From a phage, in sequence record PZ402301.1: DNA of 64,000 bases, one strand, 5' to 3'. Made by a program: the position numbers and the translations under genes. Position 1 is the stretch's first letter. Each line of letters opens with the position of its first letter. The notes beneath the pieces were generated by a model, which was given only the letters and a program-made list of their open reading frames with translations, had not been told where the DNA came from and searched no databases. This document shows, one piece after another, positions 18,538 through 28,560 of the stretch.

Positions 18538-20428
18538 TGGTGTTTAACCCTATGCATGATTTCTTTATTTTTGCCAAGATTAAATCCGCGCTCGTTCGGA
18601 TTTCCCAAATAACCGCAAGTTCTTCTTATGGTGTTCATCTTTTTAGGATCAGTTTCTCCACAAATAGAACAAACAAATCCGTTTTCAGTAGGAGTCATTT
18701 CATGGGTACTTCCGCATGTAAAACATTTATCTACTGGCATATTAACACCAAAATAATCTAAATGTTGTGCAGCATAATCCCATACAGCCTCAAGACCTTT
18801 TAGGTTATTTTTCATATCAGGAAGTTCAACATAAGAAATGTGACCACCTGTCGCAATGAAATGATACGGAGCTTCGCGAGAAATCTTTTCAAACGGAGTA
18901 ATATTTTCTTCTACTGAAACGTGGAAACTGTTAGTATACCAGCCTTTATCGGTAACATCTTTTACACTTCCATATTTTTCGGTATCAAGTTTACAGAAGC
19001 GATAGCACAGGTTTTCAGCAGGAGTAGAATATAAGCTAAAAGCAAAACCAGTTCTTTCAGTCCATTGTTTAAGATGAATATTCATTTTAGTTAAAATTTC
19101 TTGTCCAATATCACGACCGACAAGAATATTCAATTCGTGAATACCAATGTATCCTAGGGACACTGAACTTCTACCGTTTTTAAATAACTCAATTATATCG
19201 TCATCAGGTTTAAGACGAACCCCGAATGCACCTTCTTGATAAAGAATAGGAGCAACAGTAGCTTTAACCCCTTTTAAGGAACTAATTCTACACATCAAAG
19301 CTTCAAAACATAAATCCATTCGCTCATTGAACAATTCAGTAAATTTCTGTTCATTGAACTGTGTTCCAATATAAGAATCTAACGCAATACGAGGAAGATT
19401 CAGTGTTACAACACCAAGATTATTACGTCCATCAAGAATTTCATTACCAGTCGAATCTTTCCATACGCCCAAGAAACTACGACAACCCATTGGAGAAACA
19501 GGAATAGATGAACCGGTGATAGCTTTATTGTTCTTAGCCGAAATGATGTCAGGATACATTCTTTTACTTGCACACTCTAGAGCAAGCTGCTTAATATCAT
19601 AGTTCGGATCGTCTTTATAAAGATTAACACCTTCTTCAACGAACATAACAAGTTTAGGGAAAATAGGAGTTATCCCGTCACGACCAAGGCCTTTAATACG
19701 ATTTTTCAGAATTGCTTTCTGAATCATTCGTTCAGTCCAGTCAGTTCCCATGCCAAATGTAATTGTTACAAAAGGCGTTTGTCCGTTTGAACTAAAGAGA
19801 GTATTTATTCAGTCCAGTCAGTTCCCATGCCAAATGTAATTGTTACAAAAGGCGTTTGTCCGTTTGAACTAAAGAGAGTATTTAGTTCATATTCATAAGC
19901 TTGGAATGCATCGTATACGTCTTTTTCTGTTTTAGATTGGGCATAATTCAACGCATCAGCGATTTGCCATTTTTCTGCATCCTCAATATGTTTTGCATAG
20001 GTGCGTTTAACATAAGGAGAAAGGACTTTATCTACATTCGCAAAAGTCGTTCCACCATATTGATGGGAAGCAACCTGTGCAGTAATTTGTGCCATAATTG
20101 CAGTAGCAACACCGATTGATTTAGGAGTTTCAATCTGTGCATTACCGAGCTTAAATCCGTTCTCAAGCATTCCTTTTAAATCTACTAAACAGCAATTAGT
20201 AAATGGAAGAGCAGGGGAATAATCAATATCATGGAAATGAATAATTCCGCTTTCATGCGCTTTCATAATAAAAGACGGGACCATATTTTTGGCAATGTGT
20301 TTAGACACAATACCAGCCATAAGGTCCCGTTGAGTTGGAAAAACACGAGAATCTTTATTAGCATTCTCGTTTAAAAGGTCTTTATTAGTTTTATGAATCA
20401 ATCCTTCAATTTCTTTTTCAATTGTCAT
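18534..20428 (-). pseudogene. nrdD: Anaerobic ribonucleotide reductase NrdD, frameshifted by a 77-bp tandem duplication; intronless
   Basis: Two ORFs (19805..20428, 207 aa; 18534..19751, 405 aa) both carry GMGTDWTE at the break; together about 605 aa as T4 NrdD; C-terminal fragment has the Zn-ribbon motifs CFTCGSTHEMTPTENGFVCSICG and glycyl-radical region RRTCGYLG. Confidence 0.85.
19731..19884. repeat. Perfect tandem direct duplication, 2 x 77 bp (19731-19807 and 19808-19884)
   Basis: Unit ttcagtccagtcagttcccatgccaaatgtaattgttacaaaaggcgtttgtccgtttgaactaaagagagtattta occurs twice head-to-tail. Confidence 0.95.
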
Positions 20429-20898
20429 TTTAAACTCTTTCTAAGCTGCTTCTTAAATGAAGCTATTAATTGTGTTTTAGTGTCAGATTCATTATATTCA
20501 AATCCTCTTTGAAGCATCTCAGCCATCATTTCCTCTTTTCCTAAACGAGAAAATTCCTTTGATTTATCTCCAACGAAGTTAGGGTGAATATTATTTTGGG
20601 TGTAATCGGATTTTAAATAAGTAAGTAAATTTTCTAGCCATTCAAGATAATCAACACCTTGTCCCTTTAAGCCAGAACGATTGAATTTATGCTTCATTTG
20701 ACCTTCTGCAGCATTACAGAGATTACATAGCAACCCACGTACCTTTCCTGCTTTTGGTCCATTTAATTCATGGTCATGGTCAAGGTGATTAGCTTGAACA
20801 TCAGGATTTAGTTCTCGTTGGCAAATTAAGCATTTACCGTTTTGTGCATCATAAAATTTCTGTTTTTCTTCTTTGTATAATTTGCCAGTCAATAACAT
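20425..20898 (-). CDS. 49: Endonuclease VII (Holliday junction resolvase)
   Basis: 157 aa; MLLTGKLYKEEKQKFYDAQNGKCLICQRELNPDVQANHLDHDHELNG... matches T4 gp49. Confidence 0.95.
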   Translation of the reverse strand: MLLTGKLYKEEKQKFYDAQNGKCLICQRELNPDVQANHLDHDHELNGPKAGKVRGLLCNLCNAAEGQMKHKFNRSGLKGQGVDYLEWLENLLTYLKSDYTQNNIHPNFVGDKSKEFSRLGKEEMMAEMLQRGFEYNESDTKTQLIASFKKQLRKSLK

Positions 20899-20947
20899 AA
20901 TAAAACCCTTACCTTGAATAGATAAGGGTATTTATTATTTTCAAGTA

Positions 20948-21394
20948 TTAAAATGCTCGGTCAGAAAAAGAAATTTGAGTTTCAAGCCATTCAATATATT
21001 CTGCCGCAGCTTGCATCAAATTTCCTTCATAACCATCGTTATTTTCTTGTGCAGCTAATTTAGCTAATGCATATGAAATGCGTTCACCTTGAAAAGCGGC
21101 TTTAGGTTTATGAATAACTTGATCAACTCGTTCTACGACCTCTTCAATTTCGCCATTTTCTACTGATTCAGTATTCCACAAGCACCAATACGTAATTGGC
21201 TTATCGTAGATGTTAATAATCTTTCCATCAGAAAGTTCAATTTCAATAATTCCAGTATCAGGTTCTATATCATCTTCGCATTCTTTTGCAAGTTCACGAA
21301 CTTTAAAGACAGCACCTGCACTAAGTTCCGGCCAGTAATTACACAGCCCTGTATCAGCACGATTAATTCTAAACCACTTATCTACTGTAATCAT
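20948..21394 (-). CDS. pin: Protease inhibitor Pin-like protein (assigned by position)
   Basis: Track ORF 20948..21412 starts at TTG; first ATG at 21392-21394; position after gene 49 matches T4 pin but the sequence is not recognised from memory. Confidence 0.45.
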   Translation of the reverse strand: MITVDKWFRINRADTGLCNYWPELSAGAVFKVRELAKECEDDIEPDTGIIEIELSDGKIINIYDKPITYWCLWNTESVENGEIEEVVERVDQVIHKPKAAFQGERISYALAKLAAQENNDGYEGNLMQAAAEYIEWLETQISFSDRAF

Positions 21395-21517
21395 GTCCCA
21401 TCTCCATATCAATTAAGTCATTTATCGTTGGTTCATTATATACTGTTTCTTCATCAGTGTAAACCGGTTCTTCCGGCTCTGGCTCTACTGTTTTCCATCT
21501 AGCCGCCCACCAAGGTT

Positions 21518-21838
21518 TTATAGCGTAATCCATTCTCGTATTGTCTGAGTTACTACACGTTCACGGGGCTCGACTAGTTCAACAGTCGGAACTGCATAAT
21601 ACCAGTCAGAATGGTAAGAACCTGAGCGAGATTCATTTACGGAAACATGTACATTATGTTTCGGACTAAAATAAACGCACTGCCGATATTGGCATTTGCC
21701 ATCTTGTACCCAATCTTCTATTTCGACAGGTTTAAGATAATCCGAAAAATCGAAATCATAATTTTCTGAAAATGCATCATGGTCTTCGATGATTTCACTC
21801 AGAACTGCATCAACATCTAATTTATTTTCAATAGTCAT
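21518..21838 (-). CDS. Hypothetical acidic protein (49.x region)
   Basis: 106 aa ORF. Confidence 0.45.
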   Translation of the reverse strand: MTIENKLDVDAVLSEIIEDHDAFSENYDFDFSDYLKPVEIEDWVQDGKCQYRQCVYFSPKHNVHVSVNESRSGSYHSDWYYAVPTVELVEPRERVVTQTIREWITL

Positions 21839-21849
21839 TTGTCACCACT

Positions 21850-22059
21850 TTAATTTCGCAATTTATTAAGTTCTTCATAATCAATCCAGGATTCTAATCC
21901 TGATGGCAAATCAGATTCAATTTCCCAAAGAAGCTCTTCAATTTTCTGAAGACGATCTAATTCTTCGGCTGGAATAGTAACCATTGACGGAGTTCTTGAT
22001 ACACTAATATCGTAAATCATATTTACCCCAGTTTGACCATGCAATCGCCGTATTTCCAT
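21850..22059 (-). CDS. Hypothetical protein (49.x region)
   Basis: 69 aa ORF. Confidence 0.4.
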   Translation of the reverse strand: MEIRRLHGQTGVNMIYDISVSRTPSMVTIPAEELDRLQKIEELLWEIESDLPSGLESWIDYEELNKLRN

Positions 22060-22238
22060 TTAGAAATAGACTTTTCACCGTTAGAATAATAAACTTCGAG
22101 TTTAGCACGATTATTTTTAATTTGAATAACCTTTGCTGTCATCAAAGTTCCATATCCATAATAAACTGCAACCTCATCGCCTACATATACCGCGCTTCCG
22201 CGGTAGTCATGGATATAATCAGTTCCTTCGAGCATCAT
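22023..22238 (-). CDS. Hypothetical protein (49.x region)
   Basis: 71 aa ORF, stop overlaps nrdC start. Confidence 0.4.
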   Translation of the reverse strand: MMLEGTDYIHDYRGSAVYVGDEVAVYYGYGTLMTAKVIQIKNNRAKLEVYYSNGEKSISKWKYGDCMVKLG

Positions 22239-22498
22239 TTAAAGTATTCCCGCAATTGGTCAAATCCACCAATATGACTTCCATCAGGAGCAAATACTTG
22301 TGGCATTGTCAGCCCAATTTGAGTATCACGACCCAGTTTAGTTAGAAGCTCAGCGATTTTCTCATCATCAAAAACACCTTTTTCCGGCATAATGTTGATA
22401 AATTCAAACGGCTGTTTCTTCACAGTCAAGAGACGTTTTGCATTATCGCAATACACACATTTATGGATGTTGCTATCATAACCATATACTTTAAACAT
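22235..22498 (-). CDS. nrdC: Phage thioredoxin/glutaredoxin NrdC
   Basis: 87 aa as T4 NrdC; active site CVYC. Confidence 0.9.
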   Translation of the reverse strand: MFKVYGYDSNIHKCVYCDNAKRLLTVKKQPFEFINIMPEKGVFDDEKIAELLTKLGRDTQIGLTMPQVFAPDGSHIGGFDQLREYFK

Positions 22499-22499
22499 A

Positions 22500-22742
22500 T
22501 TATTCCTTAATTCCTAGTACTTGTTTAAAAGCCTCGTCGTAATCAAGACTTTGACCCGTTTGTTCTTTATGTTTGTATATAATATCACTTACTTCTGATA
22601 GCATATTTTTATATGAACGAGTTAAAGCAGATTTAAGCACGCTGTATCTATCAGGAAATTTACCGTGTTCATTATAATACGCTATTGCTAATTCACGGAC
22701 TGCCTTTTCAGCAATCTCCATATATTCTTTACGCTTTGTCAT
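22500..22742 (-). CDS. Hypothetical protein
   Basis: Track ORF 22500..22877; internal ATG (MTKRKEY...) abuts the stop of the upstream ORF. Confidence 0.4.
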   Translation of the reverse strand: MTKRKEYMEIAEKAVRELAIAYYNEHGKFPDRYSVLKSALTRSYKNMLSEVSDIIYKHKEQTGQSLDYDEAFKQVLGIKE

Positions 22743-22743
22743 T

Positions 22744-23133
22744 TTAATCCAAAATATTATTAGGCATTGGTTGAACACTCGCAAGTTCTTTAAAGAACTC
22801 AGTAGAGTCAGGTAATTTAACCATTTCCGGAGCATGCTTACTAAATTTATGTTTGCAATGACGGCATTTATATTCAAGTTCCGGTTTACGCCAGTTAATC
22901 AATTGAACCTGTTCAGTACCGCATTCAGGACAATTAGGAACGTTTTTAGAAGCCCTTTCGCGACGTTCAACCATAGCCATAATAGCATCCCAGGCTGGAG
23001 GTTTAAAATCTAAATCGTCACAACCATGAATCTTTCCACGCATTTCTAAATCGTCTTCTTCACCAGCCATAATAATTTTAATTAGACTGGAATTACTTGA
23101 AGCTGCAATATCTTCTAATAGACGCTTTTTCAT
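22744..23133 (-). CDS. Hypothetical Zn-ribbon protein
   Basis: 129 aa; CPECG...CRHCKH four-Cys motif. Confidence 0.45.
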   Translation of the reverse strand: MKKRLLEDIAASSNSSLIKIIMAGEEDDLEMRGKIHGCDDLDFKPPAWDAIMAMVERRERASKNVPNCPECGTEQVQLINWRKPELEYKCRHCKHKFSKHAPEMVKLPDSTEFFKELASVQPMPNNILD

Positions 23134-24059
23134 TTCAGTACCTCAATAGCATTACGTAAACCATTTGCTTTTGCATTAAGAGCTTTTAACAATTTAGTGT
23201 GTTCGGCAATTTGGGCTTCAACTTCAATCAAACGAGCATTGAGATATTCGCGTTCTTCGCTCAAGCTATCAACCTTTTCTACTTTAGGTTCTTTTACAAC
23301 TGGCTTATATGTATTAGGGTTCTTCAGTTTAATTAGAATACGTGAACTGTATAACATTGAACCATTATTTTCGATTTCGTCATACATTTCTACTACGTCC
23401 ATGATTTTTAACATCATGCGGAGTTTATAAGATAACGAACGAATAGTTTTGTTGTGCTTATTAATTTCTCTAGCTGTCATGGTGCCGAGATTACGTGAGT
23501 AATAATAAGGAACCTGGATATTAATTAATACTGATGAACCACCTGGCTTGTGTGTTACTTCATCAGCAATAACCCAGTCCTTAACATGAACTGTATTTGT
23601 ACGGTCATCGCCCGCGGTAAATAGTTTACGAGCATGCTTAAAAAGCATATTCACTTGGTCATTGAATTGACAAGCAAATTTATCAGCAAATTTAGTTTCA
23701 GGAATGGTAGATAACCAATCAGCCAAATGGGTCTTTTTAACATCGTTAACAATAGTAAATTCAACTAAATCGGTTATAGATGTCGTAGATTTAATGAAGC
23801 TCGGCTTCATAAAGTTTTCAATGTTATCACGAGCTACAGTAGAAGATAACATACGAGAACGTTTAAACCATTCAAGCAAATTGCCTAACGAATAAGAATA
23901 AGCGTTTTGAGTATCTTTACAGATATGATTTTCCTGGCCAACATATTGAAGGAAATCACGAAGAATATTATTGATTACTGCTCTGTGTCCGATCTGATAA
24001 TTACGGTGTTTAGTAATAAGACTGTCAAAATAATCAATATAATGTTTACGAGTTTTCAT
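23130..24059 (-). CDS. Paralog family member 1 (N-terminal globular domain plus C-terminal coiled-coil)
   Basis: 309 aa; C-terminus ...[39 protein letters not shown]; N-terminus MKTRKHY similar to member 3. Confidence 0.55.
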   Translation of the reverse strand: MKTRKHYIDYFDSLITKHRNYQIGHRAVINNILRDFLQYVGQENHICKDTQNAYSYSLGNLLEWFKRSRMLSSTVARDNIENFMKPSFIKSTTSITDLVEFTIVNDVKKTHLADWLSTIPETKFADKFACQFNDQVNMLFKHARKLFTAGDDRTNTVHVKDWVIADEVTHKPGGSSVLINIQVPYYYSRNLGTMTAREINKHNKTIRSLSYKLRMMLKIMDVVEMYDEIENNGSMLYSSRILIKLKNPNTYKPVVKEPKVEKVDSLSEEREYLNARLIEVEAQIAEHTKLLKALNAKANGLRNAIEVLK

Positions 24060-24111
24060 GTTCTTCTCACTTGGTTAATGATTTATACTCCGAGCCATCC
24101 TTGGCTTTAAA

Positions 24112-25113
24112 TTACTTAATTAACTGTAAAGCTTGTTCAAGACGATCCAGGCGATTAACAGATTCTTCCCAAATCCTTTTAGCCTGCTCATATTCTTTCT
24201 GCGCTTTATTAGAAATTTCTAGAACTTCTTTATAAGTCTTTTCTAGTGCAATAACTTCTGGACGAATTTCTACAGGTTCAGGCGAATCATCAAGATTATC
24301 CATTAGTTCCTCAAGTGTAATTTCTTCTTTAGGAGTATTCACAATTTCATCACATTTTTGTTGGTAAATTTCTTTATCAGTCGGTGAGTATGCACATTTC
24401 ACTTCACGAAGACTAACTACAATTTTATATCCTTCCCAACCGCATATATTCTTAAAAGGATACGTATGAATATTTTCTACTGTTTCCATACAAAGTAATG
24501 CGGTTTCTAATTGACGAGTTATAGTGCTAGCAATTGAGAAAAATTTATTAATGTTCTTTTGGTTAGTTTCTGGTGTAAAAAATCCATAATTCACAAAAAT
24601 AGATACTTTATTTTTATCAAGTTCATATTCTTTTATGATAATCATATCAGAAGCCAAAGGATGAATTTGACGATAATTGCCATAACATAATTTAGAAGCT
24701 GATTTTAGAATTTGCTTTTTGAAAAGTCTGAAATTACTAATCCAACGACGAGTAAAAATATTCTCAGGGTCTTCTTTATTATTAAGATGATAAGAATTAA
24801 CATCACCGAACCAATTATATCCTACTACATCTTTGGTTCGTTTAATTTCTTTCCCAAAATTACCAAGAATATCCCGATTAACCAAATATGAAAGAAGACG
24901 AGAACCTTTAAAGGTTTTCTTAATGTCATCTTTATCCGTACGACTAGAAATTTCACGAACTTCGTGAATAAATTTGCTGGAAGAAACAATGCTTACATCA
25001 ATATTATTGAGCCATCGATTGATAATGGAAATAACGATATTCTGACTAGTCATAGGTTTAACTTTATCATCAATAACGCTATTGAATGATTTGATATATT
25101 CGTTACGAGTCAT
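24112..25113 (-). CDS. Paralog family member 2
   Basis: Start taken at MTRNEYIKSF; shares RWISNFRLFKKQILKSASKL with member 3; C-terminal coiled-coil. Confidence 0.55.
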   Translation of the reverse strand: MTRNEYIKSFNSVIDDKVKPMTSQNIVISIINRWLNNIDVSIVSSSKFIHEVREISSRTDKDDIKKTFKGSRLLSYLVNRDILGNFGKEIKRTKDVVGYNWFGDVNSYHLNNKEDPENIFTRRWISNFRLFKKQILKSASKLCYGNYRQIHPLASDMIIIKEYELDKNKVSIFVNYGFFTPETNQKNINKFFSIASTITRQLETALLCMETVENIHTYPFKNICGWEGYKIVVSLREVKCAYSPTDKEIYQQKCDEIVNTPKEEITLEELMDNLDDSPEPVEIRPEVIALEKTYKEVLEISNKAQKEYEQAKRIWEESVNRLDRLEQALQLIK

Positions 25114-25139
25114 ATTAATCTCCTCAGTAGAAAGTAAGA

Positions 25140-25175
25140 ACATTATACCACATCCTTGTGGCAAAGTAAACTAGT
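25140..25175 (-). promoter_or_regulatory. T4-type early promoter between paralog genes 2 and 3
   Basis: Reverse complement: tagtTTACtttgccacaaggatgtggTATAATgttc. Confidence 0.55.
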
Positions 25176-26199
25176 TTAGTGCATTTAGTGCATTGTTCAG
25201 TTTAGAACGTTGCTTCGTGAGATTTTTGACTTTTTCTTGAGCTTTTTCTAGCATCTTTTCAGCTTCTAACACTTCATTAGTTGCTTTAACGAGTTCATCA
25301 TCTACTGCCTTGATAGACTTCTCAATCGCATCGGCATGCCATTTTTCAACAGGTTTAAGACTCGGATTTTCAACAGGAAGAAAATTCACTTTATTGAATT
25401 TCCATGCATCCTTATTACCTGAACTATACATCCAAAATTTAGGATCGTTTGATGAGTAATTGGATAAATTTAAATTTAAGTTATCTTGCACTTCCTGCTT
25501 TTTCTCTTGCGGGACTTCGTCCTTTCTCAAAAATTCATATTTAAATGAAACGATCATATCAAGTTCATATGTTGTTGTGTCTAATTTAAATCGTTCGAAA
25601 TGTTGTGAAATCTTAGACTGAACAGCAGCAACAACATCCATATACTTAAATGCTTCTGTCAACTGCGATTTAAGGCATTCGCAAATTGAAAGAGAATTTT
25701 TTGTATTAGGTTTAAAGCTAATTCGTGCAGTTCTGTTATTTTCTTTTAATGGTCTTACTTCCATCTGAAGAGTATAACCATCAAATTTCAGGTTCTTTAA
25801 GTTAATGTCAGAACCTTTTAATCGACTAGCCGTCGACAAAATTTGCTTTAATTGTCTACGGAACAGAGCAATAAATCTCCATTCAATACGATAATGATTT
25901 GGATTGAAAAATCCAGATGATAAATCGACCTTACTTTGACCAACGCCTTGAACAAATAGAGGATTTTTATAATCAATGGTTTTACAGAAATCGGTGAGTT
26001 GCTCACGAGCAGTCATTTGTGTAATATACCCCGCTTTACTAAAATGACGTAACCATTCACTGCTATTCGTATACTTAAAGTGATGAATAACACGATTAAC
26101 TTTATCAGGGTCTAAATTATTTTCACACAAAAATGTCATAACATCACGAGTATAGCTGGCGTTACGAACCATATCTTCAATTTGAGAACGAGTTTTCAT
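25171..26199 (-). CDS. Paralog family member 3
   Basis: 342 aa; RIEWRFIALFRRQLKQILSTASRL; C-terminal coiled-coil ...LEKAQEKVKNLTKQRSKLNNALNALN. Confidence 0.55.
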   Translation of the reverse strand: MKTRSQIEDMVRNASYTRDVMTFLCENNLDPDKVNRVIHHFKYTNSSEWLRHFSKAGYITQMTAREQLTDFCKTIDYKNPLFVQGVGQSKVDLSSGFFNPNHYRIEWRFIALFRRQLKQILSTASRLKGSDINLKNLKFDGYTLQMEVRPLKENNRTARISFKPNTKNSLSICECLKSQLTEAFKYMDVVAAVQSKISQHFERFKLDTTTYELDMIVSFKYEFLRKDEVPQEKKQEVQDNLNLNLSNYSSNDPKFWMYSSGNKDAWKFNKVNFLPVENPSLKPVEKWHADAIEKSIKAVDDELVKATNEVLEAEKMLEKAQEKVKNLTKQRSKLNNALNALN

Positions 26200-26207
26200 G
26201 GTGTTCC

Positions 26208-27098
26208 TTAAGATTTAAGTAAATCAACAATTTTAATTAACTTTTCACGCTCAGATTTAGCTTTACTACTCAATCCAGATAGTCTGAAAATTTCATCGTC
26301 ATATTGTTGAATAGAAATATTCAGCTCTTCAATCTGTTTATTAAAATAATCAATTTGTTCAGAATGTTTTTCGTTACTACGAACTGGTACAGGTTTTGTA
26401 GGCAATGTAGTTGAACTGGATTCATCCGGGCGATAAATTAAAATACAACTTGAACCAATAGGGCATTTTGCACCAGATGAATATTCTAATGTTCCAGCTT
26501 CTTTTAAAACTTCAAAAGCTAAACAGAGATGATGCCCCATATTAACATAATCTGTAGAGTGAGCTCTGATGTAATAATCATCGCCACGAATACTAAATTT
26601 AAAGCATTTAAGGTCTTCTGTATTATTGGTCTTAAAAATCATCTGTTTATCTAGACCTTTAGCTAATCGAGCGCCCAATGCTAATAATCGTCGCTGATTT
26701 TCCCACAAATCCGCAATCATTTGGTCGAATGATAATTTTGGCATTAGTCGACCATAAAGGTCATATCCTTTATTGTAATTACGAAGGATTTCACTCGCGT
26801 TAATACGAGACAATGCTCCAATTTTATTAAGGGCTTTCATAATGCGATTAGATAAACTCATTCCAGATCCATTTGTTCGCTGTAAATGTTTTTCTAATCC
26901 AAATCCAATATCAACTTTAAACTTATCTAAAATTTCTGCATGAACATCTCTGTCAATAACATTCAAATCCAAAGTTGGGTTAAATCTATGAAAAAACTTA
27001 TCTGGCTCTCCACGGCGAAATACAGTCCATTCATTCATCATTTTTTTATTAGCTAAAGATTTAATTACTGCATTGACATTATTAATTACTACTGACAT
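26208..27098 (-). CDS. Paralog family member 4 (more divergent)
   Basis: Start taken at MSVVINNVNAV; DLWENQRRLLALGARLAKG; C-terminal coiled-coil. Confidence 0.5.
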   Translation of the reverse strand: MSVVINNVNAVIKSLANKKMMNEWTVFRRGEPDKFFHRFNPTLDLNVIDRDVHAEILDKFKVDIGFGLEKHLQRTNGSGMSLSNRIMKALNKIGALSRINASEILRNYNKGYDLYGRLMPKLSFDQMIADLWENQRRLLALGARLAKGLDKQMIFKTNNTEDLKCFKFSIRGDDYYIRAHSTDYVNMGHHLCLAFEVLKEAGTLEYSSGAKCPIGSSCILIYRPDESSSTTLPTKPVPVRSNEKHSEQIDYFNKQIEELNISIQQYDDEIFRLSGLSSKAKSEREKLIKIVDLLKS

Positions 27099-27105
27099 AT
27101 TTTCC

Positions 27106-27513
27106 TCACTCAATTTCAATTTTACTAAATACACAGAATATGATTGAACAGACTACATAAGCACCACACACAGATTGAACTAATACCATCCCAAAGAACC
27201 AAACAATATTATCAAACAGTGTCTGTTTTACGTCGAAAGGACGTAAACTTACAGTAATATTATCACCTTTTTCTATTGAAGAATACATCTCTGGGGAAAT
27301 ATATTCACTAAATCTATAACCGTCTTTGAGTTCATATACGGCAATAAACGATAAACTAGACCCTTTTCCTTGTGTTCCTGTAATGGTATTAACTACAGTA
27401 ACATCATAATCTTTATAATGCATATAATCATTAATTGCGTAATAACCGTATGCAACTACTACACATAAACAACATATCAATAAATTCAATCTTTTAATTA
27501 TCAACTGTTTCAT
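27106..27513 (-). CDS. Hypothetical membrane protein
   Basis: 135 aa with N- and C-terminal hydrophobic helices. Confidence 0.45.
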   Translation of the reverse strand: MKQLIIKRLNLLICCLCVVVAYGYYAINDYMHYKDYDVTVVNTITGTQGKGSSLSFIAVYELKDGYRFSEYISPEMYSSIEKGDNITVSLRPFDVKQTLFDNIVWFFGMVLVQSVCGAYVVCSIIFCVFSKIEIE

Positions 27514-27529
27514 AATAATCTCAATTAAA

Positions 27530-27570
27530 AGGGCTTAGAACCATTATACCATCCTTGGTATAAAGCGGTT
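27530..27570 (-). promoter_or_regulatory. sigma70-type promoter (-10 TATAAT), possibly a middle promoter (MotA-box-like GCTTTA near -30)
   Basis: Reverse complement: ccGCTTTAtaccaaggatggTATAATgg. Confidence 0.4.
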
Positions 27571-28096
27571 ATGCGAGTACCGTCTTTAACCGTTCTTCAA
27601 ACTTCCGAAGAGTATTTTGGCGTTCAGCTCTTTGCTTTTTGTAAGTTTCAATACGCTCTGAAATGAGAGTGTATCGTTCATTTACTGATTCTTTCATAAA
27701 ATCAGGAATTTCACGAGAAGCTTTAATCTCGTCAAATTTATCAATAACAGCTTGCTCTTCAGCAATTAAGTTATCATACATTAAAATATCTTTCTTGATG
27801 AACTCAATATCTTCTTGAGTTACACGAGATAATTTAGATGCTTTATCCTTTTTGTACTGTTCGTTAGTATCACGAGACCAGTGTAATGTACGATTTTTAT
27901 TCGTATTTTTGTAAATTTCTACAATACCAATCTCATCAATAATAACGATCCAATTCCAACGGGATTTGTAAATTTGTCCTCCATCAACTGTGATTTCACC
28001 TCCGATTGAGATGTCGTTAAAGAACTTGCTTTGTGCTTCAGATTTAAATTTACCATCGTTGTAATTTACCAAGTTGAAAATATCTTTAGCGTTCAT
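27569..28096 (-). CDS. Hypothetical protein
   Basis: 175 aa ORF. Confidence 0.45.
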   Translation of the reverse strand: MNAKDIFNLVNYNDGKFKSEAQSKFFNDISIGGEITVDGGQIYKSRWNWIVIIDEIGIVEIYKNTNKNRTLHWSRDTNEQYKKDKASKLSRVTQEDIEFIKKDILMYDNLIAEEQAVIDKFDEIKASREIPDFMKESVNERYTLISERIETYKKQRAERQNTLRKFEERLKTVLA

Positions 28097-28109
28097 TTTC
28101 TGTTCCTCC

Positions 28110-28165
28110 GTAGTTGATAGTTGTATAGTACCACAGAGGAACAGTCTTGTAAACCACTAAAAGAA
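28110..28165 (-). promoter_or_regulatory. T4-type early promoter
   Basis: Shared tagttgatagttgtatagtaccaca...gtaaac block. Confidence 0.5.
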
Positions 28166-28471
28166 ACTTCTTTCACAATTTTTTCCACTGAACCATGCAC
28201 TTACCGCTTTCTTAGTCTCGGGAGCAGTGTTATCCATAAACCATTCAAAGGCAGCCTTTTTATGATTCTGGAGGGCTTCTCGGGCTTTAATCTGCTCACG
28301 GTCTATTAACACTAACATATGAGCCTTTCTTGTCACCATGGGCTTCTTATGATTTTTTGAATATTCCCAGTCATTTGTCCATCGCATTGTCGTTGCGAAC
28401 TGAAATACTGCTTCTTTAATTTTAGTTTCGTAAATTTCACGAGCCTTTGAGTATAACATCACTACCTCCAT
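28157..28471 (-). CDS. Hypothetical protein
   Basis: 104 aa ORF downstream of promoter-like element. Confidence 0.4.
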   Translation of the reverse strand: MEVVMLYSKAREIYETKIKEAVFQFATTMRWTNDWEYSKNHKKPMVTRKAHMLVLIDREQIKAREALQNHKKAAFEWFMDNTAPETKKAVSAWFSGKNCERSFF

Positions 28472-28560
28472 TCACCAGTTTAATTCTAGTCATCTTTTTG
28501 ATGGCAGTCCATATAATCTATTTCTGAACTGCCTTTTTGTCATAGAAGTCCTCTTATGAA

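Noticed and set aside
19731-19884. The 77-bp duplicated segment as a possible tiny intron or mobile element
   Set aside because: Far too short for a group I intron, carries no ORF, and is an exact copy of adjacent coding sequence; a simple tandem duplication explains it.
21375-21530. A 51-aa minus-strand ORF (MDYAIKPWWAARW...) between the 49.1-position ORF and pin
   Set aside because: It overlaps the start of the pin-like ORF in another frame and has no SD; the pin start itself is uncertain, so it was left unannotated.
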